A stretch of 64,000 nucleotides of DNA from Candidatus Moraniibacteriota bacterium (GTDB taxonomy: Bacteria > Patescibacteriota > Minisyncoccia > Moranbacterales > UBA1568). Made by a program: the position numbers and the translations under genes. The notes under the pieces are model-generated. The model did no database searches. It saw only the letters and a program-made list of their open reading frames with translations, and had not been told where the DNA came from. The stretch covers positions 30,269 to 94,268 of the forward strand of contig JBPOHW010000005.1 in assembly GCA_052035095.1 (NCBI GenBank), given 5' to 3'. Shown in pieces: positions 27,303-36,752 of this stretch. Positions within the stretch are counted from its first letter, which is position 1, and each line of letters starts with the position of its first letter.

Positions 27303-28469
27303 TCACGAAACTGTCTTTTTATGAAAACATATTTTCTCATATGAAGCAAGAAGGCTTCTCGCGCTCTGTTCCCACGAAAAGAAACGTGCCCGAACAAGTC
27401 CCTTTTGGATAAGCGTCTCGCGAATCGATCCGGAAAGGCACGCCGTTCGAAGCGCGGCGGAAAACGCCTCCGCATCATCCGTCGAGACAAATAGTGCCGC
27501 GTCCCCTCCCGCCTCCCGAAGCGCCGGGATATCCGAAGCGACGACCGGTACATCTTGACTCATCGCTTCGAGTATCGGGATGCCGAATCCTTCATAGCGC
27601 GAAGGAAATATGAAGGCTCTGGCAAAAGCAAAAACCCATGGGAGATCCTGCTGATCGACAAATCCCGGAAACACCACCGCAGACTCGAGGTCAAGGCACC
27701 GCAGTGCCTCGTCAATCTCAGGATCACTATGGTGCCCCGTTCGATTCCCCACCAAAACCAGTCCGAGCTCGGAATCTTCCGCTCGAATTTGAGCAAACGC
27801 CTTAAGGAGAGCGGGAATGTTTTTTCGCGGTTGAAGCGTCCCGACATACAAGAGAAATGTTTTCGGCAGATGATATTTCTTCCGAATCGACTCGCGACTT
27901 TCCGAGTCCATCGCGCGCTCTTCAAAAAATTCCGGAGCCACCGCATTGTACACGACCGATATTTTCTCTTTCAGGTCGCCATAATACCGAATAATTTCTT
28001 GTTTGGTAAATTCCGACGGCGCAACAATGAGATCGGCGCGCCGGAGACTGTGAGGAATGAGCATGTTCAAGAACAGTCGATCGAGAGGCGCGATATACTC
28101 CGGAAACGCGCAAAAGGAAACGTCATGAATATGCGTCACCACTTTTGTCCTTTTCGGCACAAAAAACGGCACGATATATTGCGTGTGATAGATATCAATC
28201 GCGTTTTTTCGGAGATATCGCGGCACATACCACACATTCCAGTCGAATTTGTTGTTCGCCGGAAGCGTCACGAAACGAACATTCTTTCTCCCGACAATAC
28301 CAAGGCGCTTTTCGATATCGCGAAGCGCCTCATCGGACCGCTCTTCAAGAAACAAAAAGTATTCATTCTCCGAATCCAACTTCACCAACTCGCGAACGAG
28401 ATTCAAAAACACCACCTCGTCCCCGGTGCGTCGCTTCCCGATATTTCGAATGTCAATGCCAATGTTCAT
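27303..28469 (-). CDS. Glycosyltransferase family 1 (GT4-type)
   Basis: EGFGIPILEAMSQDVPVVASD motif. Confidence 0.8.
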   Translation of the reverse strand: MNIGIDIRNIGKRRTGDEVVFLNLVRELVKLDSENEYFLFLEERSDEALRDIEKRLGIVGRKNVRFVTLPANNKFDWNVWYVPRYLRKNAIDIYHTQYIVPFFVPKRTKVVTHIHDVSFCAFPEYIAPLDRLFLNMLIPHSLRRADLIVAPSEFTKQEIIRYYGDLKEKISVVYNAVAPEFFEERAMDSESRESIRKKYHLPKTFLLYVGTLQPRKNIPALLKAFAQIRAEDSELGLVLVGNRTGHHSDPEIDEALRCLDLESAVVFPGFVDQQDLPWVFAFARAFIFPSRYEGFGIPILEAMSQDVPVVASDIPALREAGGDAALFVSTDDAEAFSAALRTACLSGSIRETLIQKGLVRARFFSWEQSARSLLASYEKICFHKKTVS

Positions 28470-28537
28470 AGAAAGAGATGTACGGCTTTACACGTTGCCC
28501 GTGATCAAAAATCTTGTATCGTATCCATTTCGCTAAA

Positions 28538-28690
28538 CAACCACCCTACCCTTCGGGCACCCCTCCACCGGAGGGGAATTTTTTGCGCATTCATTCCCCT
28601 CCGGTGGAGGGGCGAGGGGGTGGTAGCTCTCCGGTGGAGGGGGTAGGGGGTGGTAACTCTGCGATGAAGGCAGTGGCTCCCCATTTCTCA
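28538..28690. repeat. G/C-rich palindromic + tandem 30-bp repeat block (copy A of 3), left boundary of AT-rich island
   Basis: CCCTTCGGGCACCCCTCCACCGGAGGGGAAT...ATTCCCCTCCGGTGGAGGGG inverted repeat, followed by tandem CCGGTGGAGGGG(C/G)(G/T)AGGGGGTGGTA(G/A)CTCT units. The same architecture recurs at 31118-31300 and 31738-31935. Confidence 0.7.
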
Positions 28691-28696
28691 TGCCGA

Positions 28697-31056
28697 TTAC
28701 TTTTGCAGTTCCGCCATGTTTACCGATCGCTTGCTGATTTTGATCATTTCCTCGTCGTGTGAAACACAAATTATCGTAGTGTCCGGATATTTCTCGTTTA
28801 TCTCACTGATAATTTTCCTTACTTCGGTTGCAGCTTGCGAATCGAGGCTTGCCGTCGGTTCATCAAGCAACATGATCTTTGCCCCTTTAACCAAAGTGCG
28901 CGCTACGCCAATCCTTACCCTCTCACCTCCCGATAAATTTTTTACTTCTTCGTCGAGTCTGCCAATAAATTTTTCCAAATGCAAATCTTCCAATACTTTC
29001 TTTATTTTTTCATAGCTTATTTCTTCTTTCGACCACAGCAAAATATTTTCACGCAATGTCATTTCATCAAAAATTTGCGGATTTTGGTTGCAGTAAGACA
29101 TGACTGAATAGATCGATTTTTTGCCGTATTTTTTTATGTTGTCATTCTTAACTCCGCCTATTTCTATTTCACCGCCACCCGGCTTATATAGACCAACTAA
29201 ATTTCGGAGCAGTGTCGATTTTCCAATTCCAGATGCTCCCGATATAGCCAAGAATTCTCCCTGCTTAATATTCATGCTTATACCGCGCAAAATATTTTTA
29301 TAGCGAAGATTTTTTATAGAAATATCAAAATTTTCCAATTCGGAAATCGGTACGCGTTCCTTTTCTTTTTCACCTTCCGGCAAATCCAGTTTTTCGTATT
29401 TTCCAAAAATTTCGTCCATCCGTTGTATATCCTGAATATAACGAGAAAATCTATTGAAATAAAGACTTACCAATTCTTGAACCGGGTAATTTAGCATGCC
29501 AGAATAAGTGATATTTGACAAAATAGCTCCACCGGAAATCATGCCGACCGCTTGAAGCGCGCCACCTACGCCAGCCGCCACGACGGTTGAAACATCAAAA
29601 GGAATCCTCCTTATCAAATCCATCTTCGTTTCTTCGACAAATCTCCCCAACGAAAGAGTATCTATTCTGTCCATCTGCCTTTTTACATCGGCGGCAATGA
29701 TCGGCGTTTCAGACGAAGTTTTAATTTCTTCAAATCCACTCTTTATCGATCCGAGACGCGTCTCTATTTTTCCCCCTCTCGTCTTTCTTTTTCATACATC
29801 GGCCAGACTTCATTATTCTGTTTTTTCGCGACTCTATACATAACAGGCAGGCTTCCAGCGCCAATTGCACCAAGAACAGGATTTATTTTCATCAAAAATG
29901 CGAGAGACATGGCTATTCCCGCTAAAGTCGGAGCAAATTCTGAAAGAGTGTCTCGTAAAATTCCCTCTGTCGCGTTTTTGCCCCTTTCCAAAGTCGCATA
30001 AATTTCGCCCAATGGTTTTTCGTGTATAAATTCAAATTCTTGAAAAAACAACGAATTGGTTATCCGTTCGTTAATTTGATGATTAATTTCATTCATCACC
30101 TTAGCCAGTTCGATTTTACTCTTCGCATCAATAAGCACTGATACCTTGTTGAGTCCGAGAAATTCCAAAAACACGGCGACATTGAACCTATCTTGCACGA
30201 TTATGTCTTGAAATAATGACGGGGCGAAACTTTCCAAACCTTTTGACGCTAAATGTCCAAGAGAAATTTTTGCTATCGCTCCTTTTTTCTCACCCAACTC
30301 ATACTCGTTCCAAAGCCGCGTGATTGTTTCAACGAGAACTCTCGGCGAATAATTTTCATCCTCGCCTTTGTCAGATCGTATAAGATCTACTAAAATTTCA
30401 ACCTCAACCTTGTCCAATGGATATCGATTTTGTAGGTCTTTTACCAACTCGGCTTTTTGTTTTCGTTGTTCCTTTTCGTCGATCTCGCCGTCTTCATCAA
30501 TCATTTTGTCCTTGTAAAAATCAGCGATATCTTTTTCCAACGACTTTGTGTTCATCACGTTCCCGATTGAATCAAAAAGCAGCCAGCATTGAGCACGTAA
30601 TTCTTCAGTATCTTCTTCAGTAAGAGATGATTCTCTTTTGTTTCGTATCTCGCTGACTAGATTCTCAATCCAGTCTTCAATAGCGCAGGAAAACTCTTCA
30701 CTATTAACATTAACAAATTCTCTGTGCGGATGCTCTTCTGATTTTTTGGCTTTCTCGTTAAAACCCTTCAAGATTTGTTTGTATTCGGTCACCAGTTCTG
30801 GCGCGATGAGTTCGCTCAACAACTTCATTTTTTCTTGTTCCTCCAAGGTCGGTTTTTCAACAGAGATCTTCTCTTGGATTGATAAACGTAAAGACAACCA
30901 ATGATCCTTGAGCGTCATCGGTCTTCCCTCTGTTTCGTCATGTTCTTCAAGAGTAAGCGGTTCCGCTTTTGCAGATTCTTTCTCTCGCTCAATTTCTCCT
31001 TTGATTGGCCTAAAAAAATCACTTTCTTTCATAGTTGTGAAACATAAAACAACCAC
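28697..31056 (-). pseudogene. Atypical ABC exporter (N-terminal ~330-aa charged domain + partial TMD + NBD) interrupted by a frameshift at a G5A5 homopolymer run (~29765-29792)
   Basis: The downstream ORF has TMD helices 5-6 plus an NBD (Walker A ISGASGIGKST, signature LSGGERVRIG, Walker B IMLLDEPTASLD). The upstream ORF (29764..31056) ends in a TMD segment homologous to ABC-exporter ICL1/TM3-4. The downstream frame stays open back to 29792 and overlaps the upstream stop (29764-29766). A single-base indel in GAGGGGGAAAAA would fuse them. Confidence 0.5.
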
Positions 31057-31117
31057 CCCACCCCTTGAGAACTATTTCATACAGGAAGTTATCATCCCAC
31101 ACTTTAAACACTCCTCC

Positions 31118-31300
31118 ATGCGAGAGACCACCCCACCCTTCGGGCACCCCTCCACCGGAGGGGAATCATCCCCGTTCCAATTCCCCTCCGGTGGAGGGGG
31201 TAGGGGGTGGTAGTTCTCTAGCAGAGGGGGTAGGGAGTGGTTTAATAGGCGAGGGGGTGGTAGCTCTGCGGTAGAGGGAACAATAAGCGTTAGCCCCCTC
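31118..31300. repeat. G/C-rich palindromic + tandem repeat block (copy B)
   Basis: Same core as 28538-28690: CCACCCCACCCTTCGGGCACCCCTCCACCGGAGGGGAATCATCCCCGTTCCAATTCCCCTCCGGTGGAGGGGGTAGGGGGTGGTAGTTCTCT, followed by degenerate tandem units. Confidence 0.7.
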
Positions 31301-31307
31301 TGTAAGA

Positions 31308-31673
31308 TCATACCTTCCCATTTTGAAACGCCGAATGTTTCCCGAGCCATTCCATAACATTCGGGAGATTTTTTTTCACCTCCCAATCATCGATATGAAT
31401 AACGGTAAGACCGAGTCCCTCAAGAAACAAATCCCGTTCTCGGTCGTATTCTTGTTTGTCATCATGGCTACTCCCATCAATTTCTATAACCACCATTGCG
31501 TTAGAACAAAAGAAATCGACGATGTAGTGTCCGATAATTTTCTGCCGATCAAAATCGAGCCCCCTGAATTGACCATTTCTTATCTGTTGCCAAAAGAGCA
31601 CCTCTGAAAGATTTCCCGATTTTCTCAATTCTCTCGCGCGTTCTTTGAGTTTCGGATTGTAAGGAAGGGACAT
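31308..31673 (-). CDS. DUF559-type (Vsr/PD-(D/E)xK-like) endonuclease-domain protein
   Basis: MSLPYNPKLKERARELRKSGNLSEVLFWQQIR...IIGHYIVDFFCSNAMVVIEIDGSSHDDKQEYDRERDLFLEGLGLTVIHIDDWEV is the classic DUF559 sequence pattern. The ORF-track N-terminal extension is translation of the repeat block. Confidence 0.7.
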   Translation of the reverse strand: MSLPYNPKLKERARELRKSGNLSEVLFWQQIRNGQFRGLDFDRQKIIGHYIVDFFCSNAMVVIEIDGSSHDDKQEYDRERDLFLEGLGLTVIHIDDWEVKKNLPNVMEWLGKHSAFQNGKV

Positions 31674-31737
31674 GAAGTTTCGCGTATGACGAAAAACTAT
31701 CACGTCTTTCGGGCACTCATCAATACGAGAGACCACT

Positions 31738-31935
31738 CCACTCTTTGGGTGCCCCTCCATACGGGAAGGTACCACCCCGCCCTTCGGGCACCCCTCCACC
31801 GGAGGGGAATCATCCCCGCTCCAATTCCCCTCCGGTGGAGGGGCAAGGGGGTGGTAACTCTCCGGTGAAGGGGCAAGGGGGTGGTTGTCCCGTGTTGGAG
31901 GGGGTAGGGGGTGGTAGCTCTGTAGTGAAGAAGCG
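31738..31935. repeat. G/C-rich palindromic + tandem repeat block (copy C), right boundary of AT-rich island
   Basis: CCACCCCGCCCTTCGGGCACCCCTCCACCGGAGGGGAATCATCCCCGCTCCAATTCCCCTCCGGTGGAGGGGCAAGGGGGTGGTAACTCT, then at least three tandem 30-bp units. Confidence 0.7.
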
Positions 31936-32068
31936 ATTCGACAAAATCGAGGGGATACCATATTCCGAAGTTCATACGAATCAACCGTAAAATCAATCCA
32001 TCCACCTCTTCATCTTATCCTATTTTTCTTCGTGTCTCAATGCGGAAAGAATTTTATCACAATTCTTC

Positions 32069-32608
32069 TCACCTCCGTCCGACATTCGTTCGTTCAAAGA
32101 GATCGAGATATCGCTCAAAAATCATAGTGAGATGAAACATCGCTACGAAAAGCAGCAAAGAAAAAAGCATCGACCATGGAATCGCCGACCAATTCATATC
32201 GGAAACATACGAAAGAAACATCGAAACATCACGCGCACGAAAAGAAAGAAAAAGAACATCGGTCATCCGCGCGAAAAATTCAAACACCCACACGCCGATA
32301 CCGAAGAGAAAAAGTCGTTCCATCCTGTATCCGAACAAAAATTGTCGCGCCATCAAACCAAACACGGCTGAGGCGAGCGCCAGTTCAAAAGAAGCGCCTC
32401 CAATCCTCGAAAAAACGATTGAGTCAAGAAAGACGCCACCGACGACTGCCCATTTCCACGAAAACGCGAATCCCTTGAGAAGGGTGAGCGATACAATGAC
32501 TGAAAGAAATATCGGGGGCGGAAACTGCGGGAAAAGTACCGTGAAAAACGACGCATCCGCAATTGCGGCAGAGACGAGAAATGCGCTGCGAAAGAGGATC
32601 GGTTTCAT
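32069..32608 (-). CDS. mreD: Rod shape-determining protein MreD (putative)
   Basis: 179-aa polytopic membrane protein immediately downstream of and overlapping mreC. Position and size fit MreD; sequence similarity is weak. Confidence 0.55.
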   Translation of the reverse strand: MKPILFRSAFLVSAAIADASFFTVLFPQFPPPIFLSVIVSLTLLKGFAFSWKWAVVGGVFLDSIVFSRIGGASFELALASAVFGLMARQFLFGYRMERLFLFGIGVWVFEFFARMTDVLFLSFRARDVSMFLSYVSDMNWSAIPWSMLFSLLLFVAMFHLTMIFERYLDLFERTNVGRR

Positions 32609-33420
32609 GATTTCGTACCGATAATGACGGACACAAAACGCACCCGATCAAAACGGACAGGGGAAGCGATCGTTGCATATTGAAACAATCTATCAGACGA
32701 AGACTCTACCTTTGTAATCGTCCCGATAAAGAGTCCTCTCGGCACTTCCCCGCCCAAGCCCGAGGTAATCACCTCATCTCCTTCGCGAAGCGTTTCGGAC
32801 TGGAGTACCATATCGAGAGCCAACCCCAAGCCGTATTCTCCGCGCACGACGCCGCGCGCCTCGGTCGCTCCGGCAACCGCATTCACCGCGCTCGCCGAAT
32901 CCGAAAGAAGAAGCACGCGAGACGCAAGCGGAGTCGTTTCAATGACGCGACCGATCAATGTCCCCTTCCCGACCACCACCGCCATACCCTTCCGAATCCC
33001 GGCGAGTTCTCCCACATTGAGAAGGATCGCCCCTCCCGACGACACATCGTCTCGCCCCATCACCTCTGCCGCCTTCAATTCAAATTGGGCGTACGGCGCA
33101 AGTCCCCGTTCCGTCCGAAGCGCCGCATTTTCCCGCGACACATCGGCGAGAGCCGCCACTTCCGCCTTGAGATCGATATTTTCTTCAAGAAGACGTTCGT
33201 TTTCCCGTTTCAATCGACCAATCGACCCGAGAAACGATCCGATTCGTCCCGCATGGTATCCAAAAAATGAACCGACATTTTGAAACGGAAATGTCACCGT
33301 CCCCACCGCCGTTCGAAGCGAAAATGCCACAAACGGCGGGTTCCACAAAAACACCGCGACGCATCCGAGCAGAATGAGTATGAGTTTCCCAAATTTGTTG
33401 TTCCAAATAAAACGAATCAT
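32605..33420 (-). CDS. mreC: Rod shape-determining protein MreC
   Basis: N-terminal TM segment, a coiled coil (ENERLLEENIDLKAEVAAL) and a C-terminal beta domain. Located between mreB and mreD. Confidence 0.8.
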   Translation of the reverse strand: MIRFIWNNKFGKLILILLGCVAVFLWNPPFVAFSLRTAVGTVTFPFQNVGSFFGYHAGRIGSFLGSIGRLKRENERLLEENIDLKAEVAALADVSRENAALRTERGLAPYAQFELKAAEVMGRDDVSSGGAILLNVGELAGIRKGMAVVVGKGTLIGRVIETTPLASRVLLLSDSASAVNAVAGATEARGVVRGEYGLGLALDMVLQSETLREGDEVITSGLGGEVPRGLFIGTITKVESSSDRLFQYATIASPVRFDRVRFVSVIIGTKS

Positions 33421-33577
33421 GAAGAAGAAAGATAAAAGAAAATTCCAAATCCAAAATCACAATTTCCAAATAAGCACCAAATCACAAACATAAAACGAAG
33501 TAGGTAAGACCATTTTGAACATTGAGATTTGAATTTTATTTGGAACTTACAATTTTTAATTTGATAGTTTATCCCCT

Positions 33578-34687
33578 CTATCGGAGGGGGGTCCCTCGTT
33601 GGTCCTCGACCAGCACTTCCTTAAGCCGCTCCATATCTTCGAGGACAACGCCCGTACCGCGTACCACCGCAGTCAAAGGATCCTCCATCATACGGACGGG
33701 AATGCCGGTTTGATTGGCGAGAAATCGATCAAACCCGCGAATCATACTTCCGCCGCCCGCCAGAATAATGCCCCGCTGAAAAATATCAGAAAGAAGTTCG
33801 GGCGGCGTTTCCTCTATAATCGTCTTGATGTTATTGACAATAATGCGGATCGAATGCGAAAGCGCCTCGCGAATATGTTCGTCGGTCGCGATGATCTCTT
33901 TGGGCAATCCGCTCACCAAATCGCGTCCGCGTATGGGATAGGTCATCGGCTCTCGAAGCGTATAGGCGCTCCCGATGGAAATTTTCACTTCTTCAGCGGT
34001 CTTTTCCCCGATAAGAAGATTGAATGAATCTCGCGCGTACCGGACGATGTCCTCGTTCATTTCGTCACCCGCGATACGAAGACTCCGCGATACAACGACG
34101 CCGCCCAAAGAAATAACGGCAATCTCCGTCGTCCCGCCACCGATATCGACGACCATGTTGCCGGACGCCTCGATAACCGGGAGTCGCGCGCCAATCGCCG
34201 CCGCCATCGGCTCGTCGATGAGGAACGCTTCGCGCGCTCCGGCATTCATCGTCGCTTCAATGACCGCGCGCCGTTCCACTTCGGTCACTCCCGAGGGAAC
34301 TCCCACCAAAACGCGCGGTCGCCGCAAAAACGCAAGATTGGTATCATGCACTTTATTGATAAAAAACCGGAGCATTTGTTGGGTCACGTCGAAGTCGCTC
34401 ACGACACCATCAACCAAAGGTCGTGTCGCCACAATATGCCCGGGCGTCTTCCCTACCATACGTTTGGCATCGCGTCCGATCGCGAGAATTTGCCCGGTCC
34501 GTTGATTCACCGCCACAACCGACGGCTCATTGATGACAATCCCCTTCCCGCGCACATAGACCAGCGTATTCGCCGTTCCCAAATCAATACCGATATCCTG
34601 CGAAAATCGCCCGAATACCATATCGGAAAATTGTTTCCGATACCGCCTGTATTGATGCGCAAATGAATTCGGTGAATGTGATTCCAT
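33578..34687 (-). CDS. mreB: Rod shape-determining protein MreB (actin homologue)
   Basis: IGIDLGTANTLVYVRGKGIVINEPSVVAV and downstream actin-fold motifs. The true start is probably the internal Met near 34621 (MVFGRFSQDIGIDLG). Confidence 0.9.
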   Translation of the reverse strand: MESHSPNSFAHQYRRYRKQFSDMVFGRFSQDIGIDLGTANTLVYVRGKGIVINEPSVVAVNQRTGQILAIGRDAKRMVGKTPGHIVATRPLVDGVVSDFDVTQQMLRFFINKVHDTNLAFLRRPRVLVGVPSGVTEVERRAVIEATMNAGAREAFLIDEPMAAAIGARLPVIEASGNMVVDIGGGTTEIAVISLGGVVVSRSLRIAGDEMNEDIVRYARDSFNLLIGEKTAEEVKISIGSAYTLREPMTYPIRGRDLVSGLPKEIIATDEHIREALSHSIRIIVNNIKTIIEETPPELLSDIFQRGIILAGGGSMIRGFDRFLANQTGIPVRMMEDPLTAVVRGTGVVLEDMERLKEVLVEDQRGTPLR

Positions 34688-34821
34688 ACAAACGCAAAAA
34701 AATCGGAAGAGTCATTCCTTCACCAAGACTACCAAGAAACCCCCCAAGGAGCAAGAAAATTCGCACGGGCAACACTTCCCGTGCGAATTTCAAAATCCAC
34801 GAAAAACTCAGTCTCCCGGCT

Positions 34822-36147
34822 TCACGGCGTGAGACGTTTGACGTCTCTCGGAAAGAGGACAGCCTGTTTGATGGTGGGAAGTCCCAAGAGTTGCTGAATG
34901 GTGCGCTCCGATCCCCAGCCCCACCCGCCGTGCGGCGGGCAACCATACCGAAAGGTGTCGAGATAATTCGAGAAATCCTCCGGATTCATCCCGCGCTTCT
35001 TGATCGACTCCACCATTTTTTTGTATTCATGAATACGCTGTCCGCCAGTCGCGAGTTCCAGCCCGCGAAAGAGGAGGTCGAAGCTTTCCGTAAAGTGCGG
35101 ATCGGCGCCCGGCAAAGTATAAAACGGCCGAATGGCGGTCGGATAATGCGTCAAGAAGACAAAATCCGATCCAAATTCGCGCTTCACATACTCGCAAATC
35201 ATCCGCTCGCCCTCGGGATCGATGTCGATTTCCCCGCCTTCCATTTTCTTCCCGAATTCTTTTTCAAGAATTTGAAGCGCTTCCGTCAGCTTCATGCGCG
35301 GGATAGCGACTCTTTTGGGAGCCTCGGCGCCCCACAATTCAAGCTCTTCTTTTCCTCGTTCGCCTATTTTTTCAAACACGTCAAAAATGATGCTTTCGAG
35401 CTCGTTCATCACGTCACCGACGCCTTCAATAAACGCCATCTCGGCATCAAGACTCACGTATTCGTTCACGTGGCGCGTCGTAAAGTGCGGCTCGGCGCGA
35501 AACACCGGTCCAATCTCGAAAACTCGCTCAAACACACTTGCCCCCGCCTCCTTATAAAATTGCGGACTCTGCGCGAGAAACGCATCGCGATCAAAATATT
35601 TGATCTTGAAAAAGTTGGCGCCGCCTTCGGTCGCGGCATTCACCACCTTTGGCGTCTTCACCTCGAGAAAACCGCGCGACCGAAGCGCGTCGGCATACGC
35701 GGATACCAGTATGCCATAAAGCCGAAAAATCGCCTGAACTTTTCGATTGCGGAGCGAAAAAATGCGATTGTTGAGAAGTGTATCAAGATGAAGTTCCTCA
35801 AGACCGCCCTCAGCTATTTCAAATGGGAGCGGACTTTCGGGAGCGGAAAGAATGATGAGTTCTTCAACTTCCACTTCGATACTCCCCAGGGTATCGGCGC
35901 GCTCGGCGCCACCCGGACGAGATTTCACCACACCGATCGCCTCGATGATACACTCATTCCGGCACTCGCGCGCCGCCTCATACGCCGCGCTATGATCGGG
36001 TATTACCACCAGTTGAACCGTACCGCTTCGATCGCGAACATCGAGAAATAAAATTTTCCCGTGGTCGCGACGCATATTCACCCATCCTTTCAGGCGAACC
36101 CGTTCCCCTTTCGCACGCAACGCTTCGACAATCAGTGTTCGTTCCAT
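34822..36147 (-). CDS. aspS: Aspartyl-tRNA synthetase, archaeal/eukaryal type (AspRS2-like; possibly non-discriminating)
   Basis: 441 aa with an N-terminal OB fold, FLEVKTPKVVNAATEGGANFFKIKYFDRDAFLAQSPQFYKE (the ATEGGA motif is typical of archaeal-type AspRS, versus SDCEGAGE in AsnRS), FRAE motif 2 and GGWGWGSER motif 3. Confidence 0.7.
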   Translation of the reverse strand: MERTLIVEALRAKGERVRLKGWVNMRRDHGKILFLDVRDRSGTVQLVVIPDHSAAYEAARECRNECIIEAIGVVKSRPGGAERADTLGSIEVEVEELIILSAPESPLPFEIAEGGLEELHLDTLLNNRIFSLRNRKVQAIFRLYGILVSAYADALRSRGFLEVKTPKVVNAATEGGANFFKIKYFDRDAFLAQSPQFYKEAGASVFERVFEIGPVFRAEPHFTTRHVNEYVSLDAEMAFIEGVGDVMNELESIIFDVFEKIGERGKEELELWGAEAPKRVAIPRMKLTEALQILEKEFGKKMEGGEIDIDPEGERMICEYVKREFGSDFVFLTHYPTAIRPFYTLPGADPHFTESFDLLFRGLELATGGQRIHEYKKMVESIKKRGMNPEDFSNYLDTFRYGCPPHGGWGWGSERTIQQLLGLPTIKQAVLFPRDVKRLTP

Positions 36148-36156
36148 AACTTCTTG

Positions 36157-36600
36157 TTACTGATTATTCCCTCCGGGATTTTCATCCGCTTGCAAATGCT
36201 CAATTTCATCACTCTGCCGCGATCCGGGTTGTTTCAGAAAACGAGAAACTTCTTCGACAAGTTGCGACGGCGAAAACTCAGACTTCGAAATAAAGCCGTT
36301 CGCGCCAAGACGCAGCGCCTTTTCCCGATCCTCTCGCTCATTCAAATTGCTAAACATGACGATTTTCAAATCGGGAGCATACCCGCTTTTGGGATTTCGA
36401 ATCTGCTCCAACACTTCCATACCGCCCATCTCGGGAAGGACGATGTCAAGAAGAACGATATCAAACGGCTCAACCCGCAAAATATCAAGTACCGCCTTTC
36501 CGGAAACCGCGATACGAACATCGAAACCGGCGGCAACGAATTTCCGTTCATACATCTCCGATATCATCGGGTCATCTTCAACCAAGAGTACCTTTGACAT
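36157..36600 (-). CDS. Single-domain response regulator (CheY-like receiver)
   Basis: MSKVLLVEDDPMISEMYERKF...FDIVLLDIVLPEMGGMEVLEQIR...KIVMFSNL is a receiver domain with the phospho-acceptor Asp context. The start is placed at MSKVLL (ATG 36598-36600); the ORF-track extension reads through the upstream repeat. Confidence 0.8.
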   Translation of the reverse strand: MSKVLLVEDDPMISEMYERKFVAAGFDVRIAVSGKAVLDILRVEPFDIVLLDIVLPEMGGMEVLEQIRNPKSGYAPDLKIVMFSNLNEREDREKALRLGANGFISKSEFSPSQLVEEVSRFLKQPGSRQSDEIEHLQADENPGGNNQ

Positions 36601-36620
36601 AGATGTTTTCTTAAATAATC

Positions 36621-36749
36621 TAGGACTTACGCGTTTGAGTGCAGTTCGAGGAAAATGCGAGGAACAGAGTAAACTGTATGCGCCATACAGCGTCCCCGCC
36701 GAGGCGGGGGAACATTTGACGAAGAAATTCGCCAAACGCGTAAGTCCTA
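36621..36749. repeat. Copy A of a ~130-150-bp element with 17-bp perfect terminal inverted repeats (TAGGACTTACGCGTTTG...CAAACGCGTAAGTCCTA), flanked by TA
   Basis: TAGGACTTACGCGTTTGAGTGCAGTTCGAGGAAAATGCGAGGAAC...GTCCCCGCCGAGGCGGGGGAACATTTGACGAAGAAATTCGCCAAACGCGTAAGTCCTA. It is near-identical to 60626-60773 and related to 11649-11768, and sits in the 5' leader of the response-regulator gene. Confidence 0.75.
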
Positions 36750-36752
36750 TAA

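Noticed and set aside
29764-31056. Peptidase C39 (bacteriocin-processing) or other known N-terminal ABC accessory domain in the 330-aa charged region
   Set aside because: No Cys/His catalytic dyad context or other recognisable motif. Left as an unknown domain.
31081-31300. Integron attC/cassette-array interpretation of the repeat-gene-repeat-gene-repeat layout
   Set aside because: No intI is in the window. The repeats lack convincing R''/R' core sites (only a weak GTTAGCC). The tandem G-rich units are not attC-like.
28538-31935. CRISPR array interpretation of the G-rich 30-bp tandem units
   Set aside because: The units are directly tandem with no unique spacers. The same block also contains a long palindrome. 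No cas genes are present.
36621-36749. Hammerhead or other small self-cleaving ribozyme assignment for the TIR element
   Set aside because: The CUGAUGA/GAAA core arrangement could not be found, and no other known ribozyme consensus matched by eye. Left as an unclassified structured element or MITE.
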